Part shown: in pieces, positions 63,383 to 64,000 of the stretch
Numbering within the stretch: the stretch's first letter is position 1
How the letters are laid out: each line of letters begins with the position of its first letter
From: Convolutriloba macropyga
Lineage: Eukaryota
Direction: 5' to 3'
DNA length: 64,000 nucleotides
Assembly: GCF_964194025.1 (NCBI RefSeq)
Contig: NC_134472.1
Location: 22,692,001 to 22,756,000, forward strand
The notes under the pieces: model-generated
What the model was told of the DNA's origin: nothing
Database searches by the model: none
Seen by the model: only the letters and a program-made list of their open reading frames with translations
Translations under genes and position numbers: made by a program

Positions 63383-64000
63383 TTAAGGAAGCTCTCTCCA
63401 TTTCCTCGATACAAAATCTGCCACAAGAGGATTGATCTCAACTAAGTCGATGGGGTTGGACTCACTCTTCAACCAAGTCTGGCCGATTAACTTTATAGTG
63501 CAGAAGTTTTTAAAAGAAGGAGCAGAGCTACTCGAATGATTTGGTTGTTTGTTATTGTATTGATTCTGTTGACTGTGTGTATTGTGTTCGTGTTGGAGGA
63601 GGTGTTGAGTGTCAAGGAATCTGGCTGATGGACAGAGGAAGCAGTTGAACTCGGCATCCCACCTGTGCTCCAGTCGGTGTCTGGCCAGTTCACCATTGTC
63701 CCCAAAGCCCAGACCACACAACTCACATGGGTACCGTCTGTCTTTCAAGTGCAACTGTTCATGCCATTTCAGTCCAGACCGATTCTCAAACTTTTTCAGA
63801 CAAACAGAACATCGCCACACTTTTATAATGGAAATCTCAGAAAAGGAAGTGTCTATGGTTGAAACGTTCTTGTTAGCACGCCTTCGATCAGTGCTACGTG
63901 TGGATGATCTGATCTGGGGACAGTTGTTTCGTTGGTGATCATTTAGCTTTCGCGCATTGGGGAACACTTTGAAGCAGAAGTCACACGACATTCGATATTG
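63383..64000 (-). CDS. C2H2 zinc-finger protein B (tandem paralogue of A), last exon, partial
   Basis: One C2HC and three C2H2 fingers plus a C-terminal ...V.RKWRE motif, collinear with 53660-54220; runs off the window. Confidence 0.9.
   Translation of the reverse strand, partial: QYRMSCDFCFKVFPNARKLNDHQRNNCPQIRSSTRSTDRRRANKNVSTIDTSFSEISIIKVWRCSVCLKKFENRSGLKWHEQLHLKDRRYPCELCGLGFGDNGELARHRLEHRWDAEFNCFLCPSARFLDTQHLLQHEHNTHSQQNQYNNKQPNHSSSSAPSFKNFCTIKLIGQTWLKSESNPIDLVEINPLVADFVSRKWRELP

Overview
AT-rich, intron-containing eukaryotic DNA, most likely an invertebrate animal. I can reconstruct five protein-coding genes, all on the minus strand: (1) a DUSP14-like dual-specificity phosphatase (3 exons seen, 3' end outside the window); (2) a type II alternative NADH dehydrogenase (NDH-2/NDX) with a duplicated first coding exon and three apparent lesions; (3) a CEP15/C3orf14-like gene; (4) a 7-finger C2H2/C2HC zinc-finger gene that joins two ORFs listed separately in the track; (5) the last exon of a tandem zinc-finger paralogue. 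Much of the non-coding DNA is non-autonomous Helentron-type (HINE/DINE-like) rolling-circle elements from at least five terminus families (my labels A, B, C, E, F), each with its own matched subterminal-repeat pair, 5' hairpin cap and 3' stem-loop. The main finding is that these elements nest like Russian dolls: in about eight host/guest combinations the guest sits in the A/T tract just inside the host's ~35-50 bp 5' cap, giving stacks of up to five consecutive caps. Some carry a tRNA-like Pol III cassette. Also present: two foldback MITEs, a 3 x 1.24 kb tandem array, decayed retroelement fragments, templated-insertion scars and a gene-conversion-like tract between the zinc-finger paralogues. 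No autonomous transposase ORF is visible. All calls are by eye, with no database searches.
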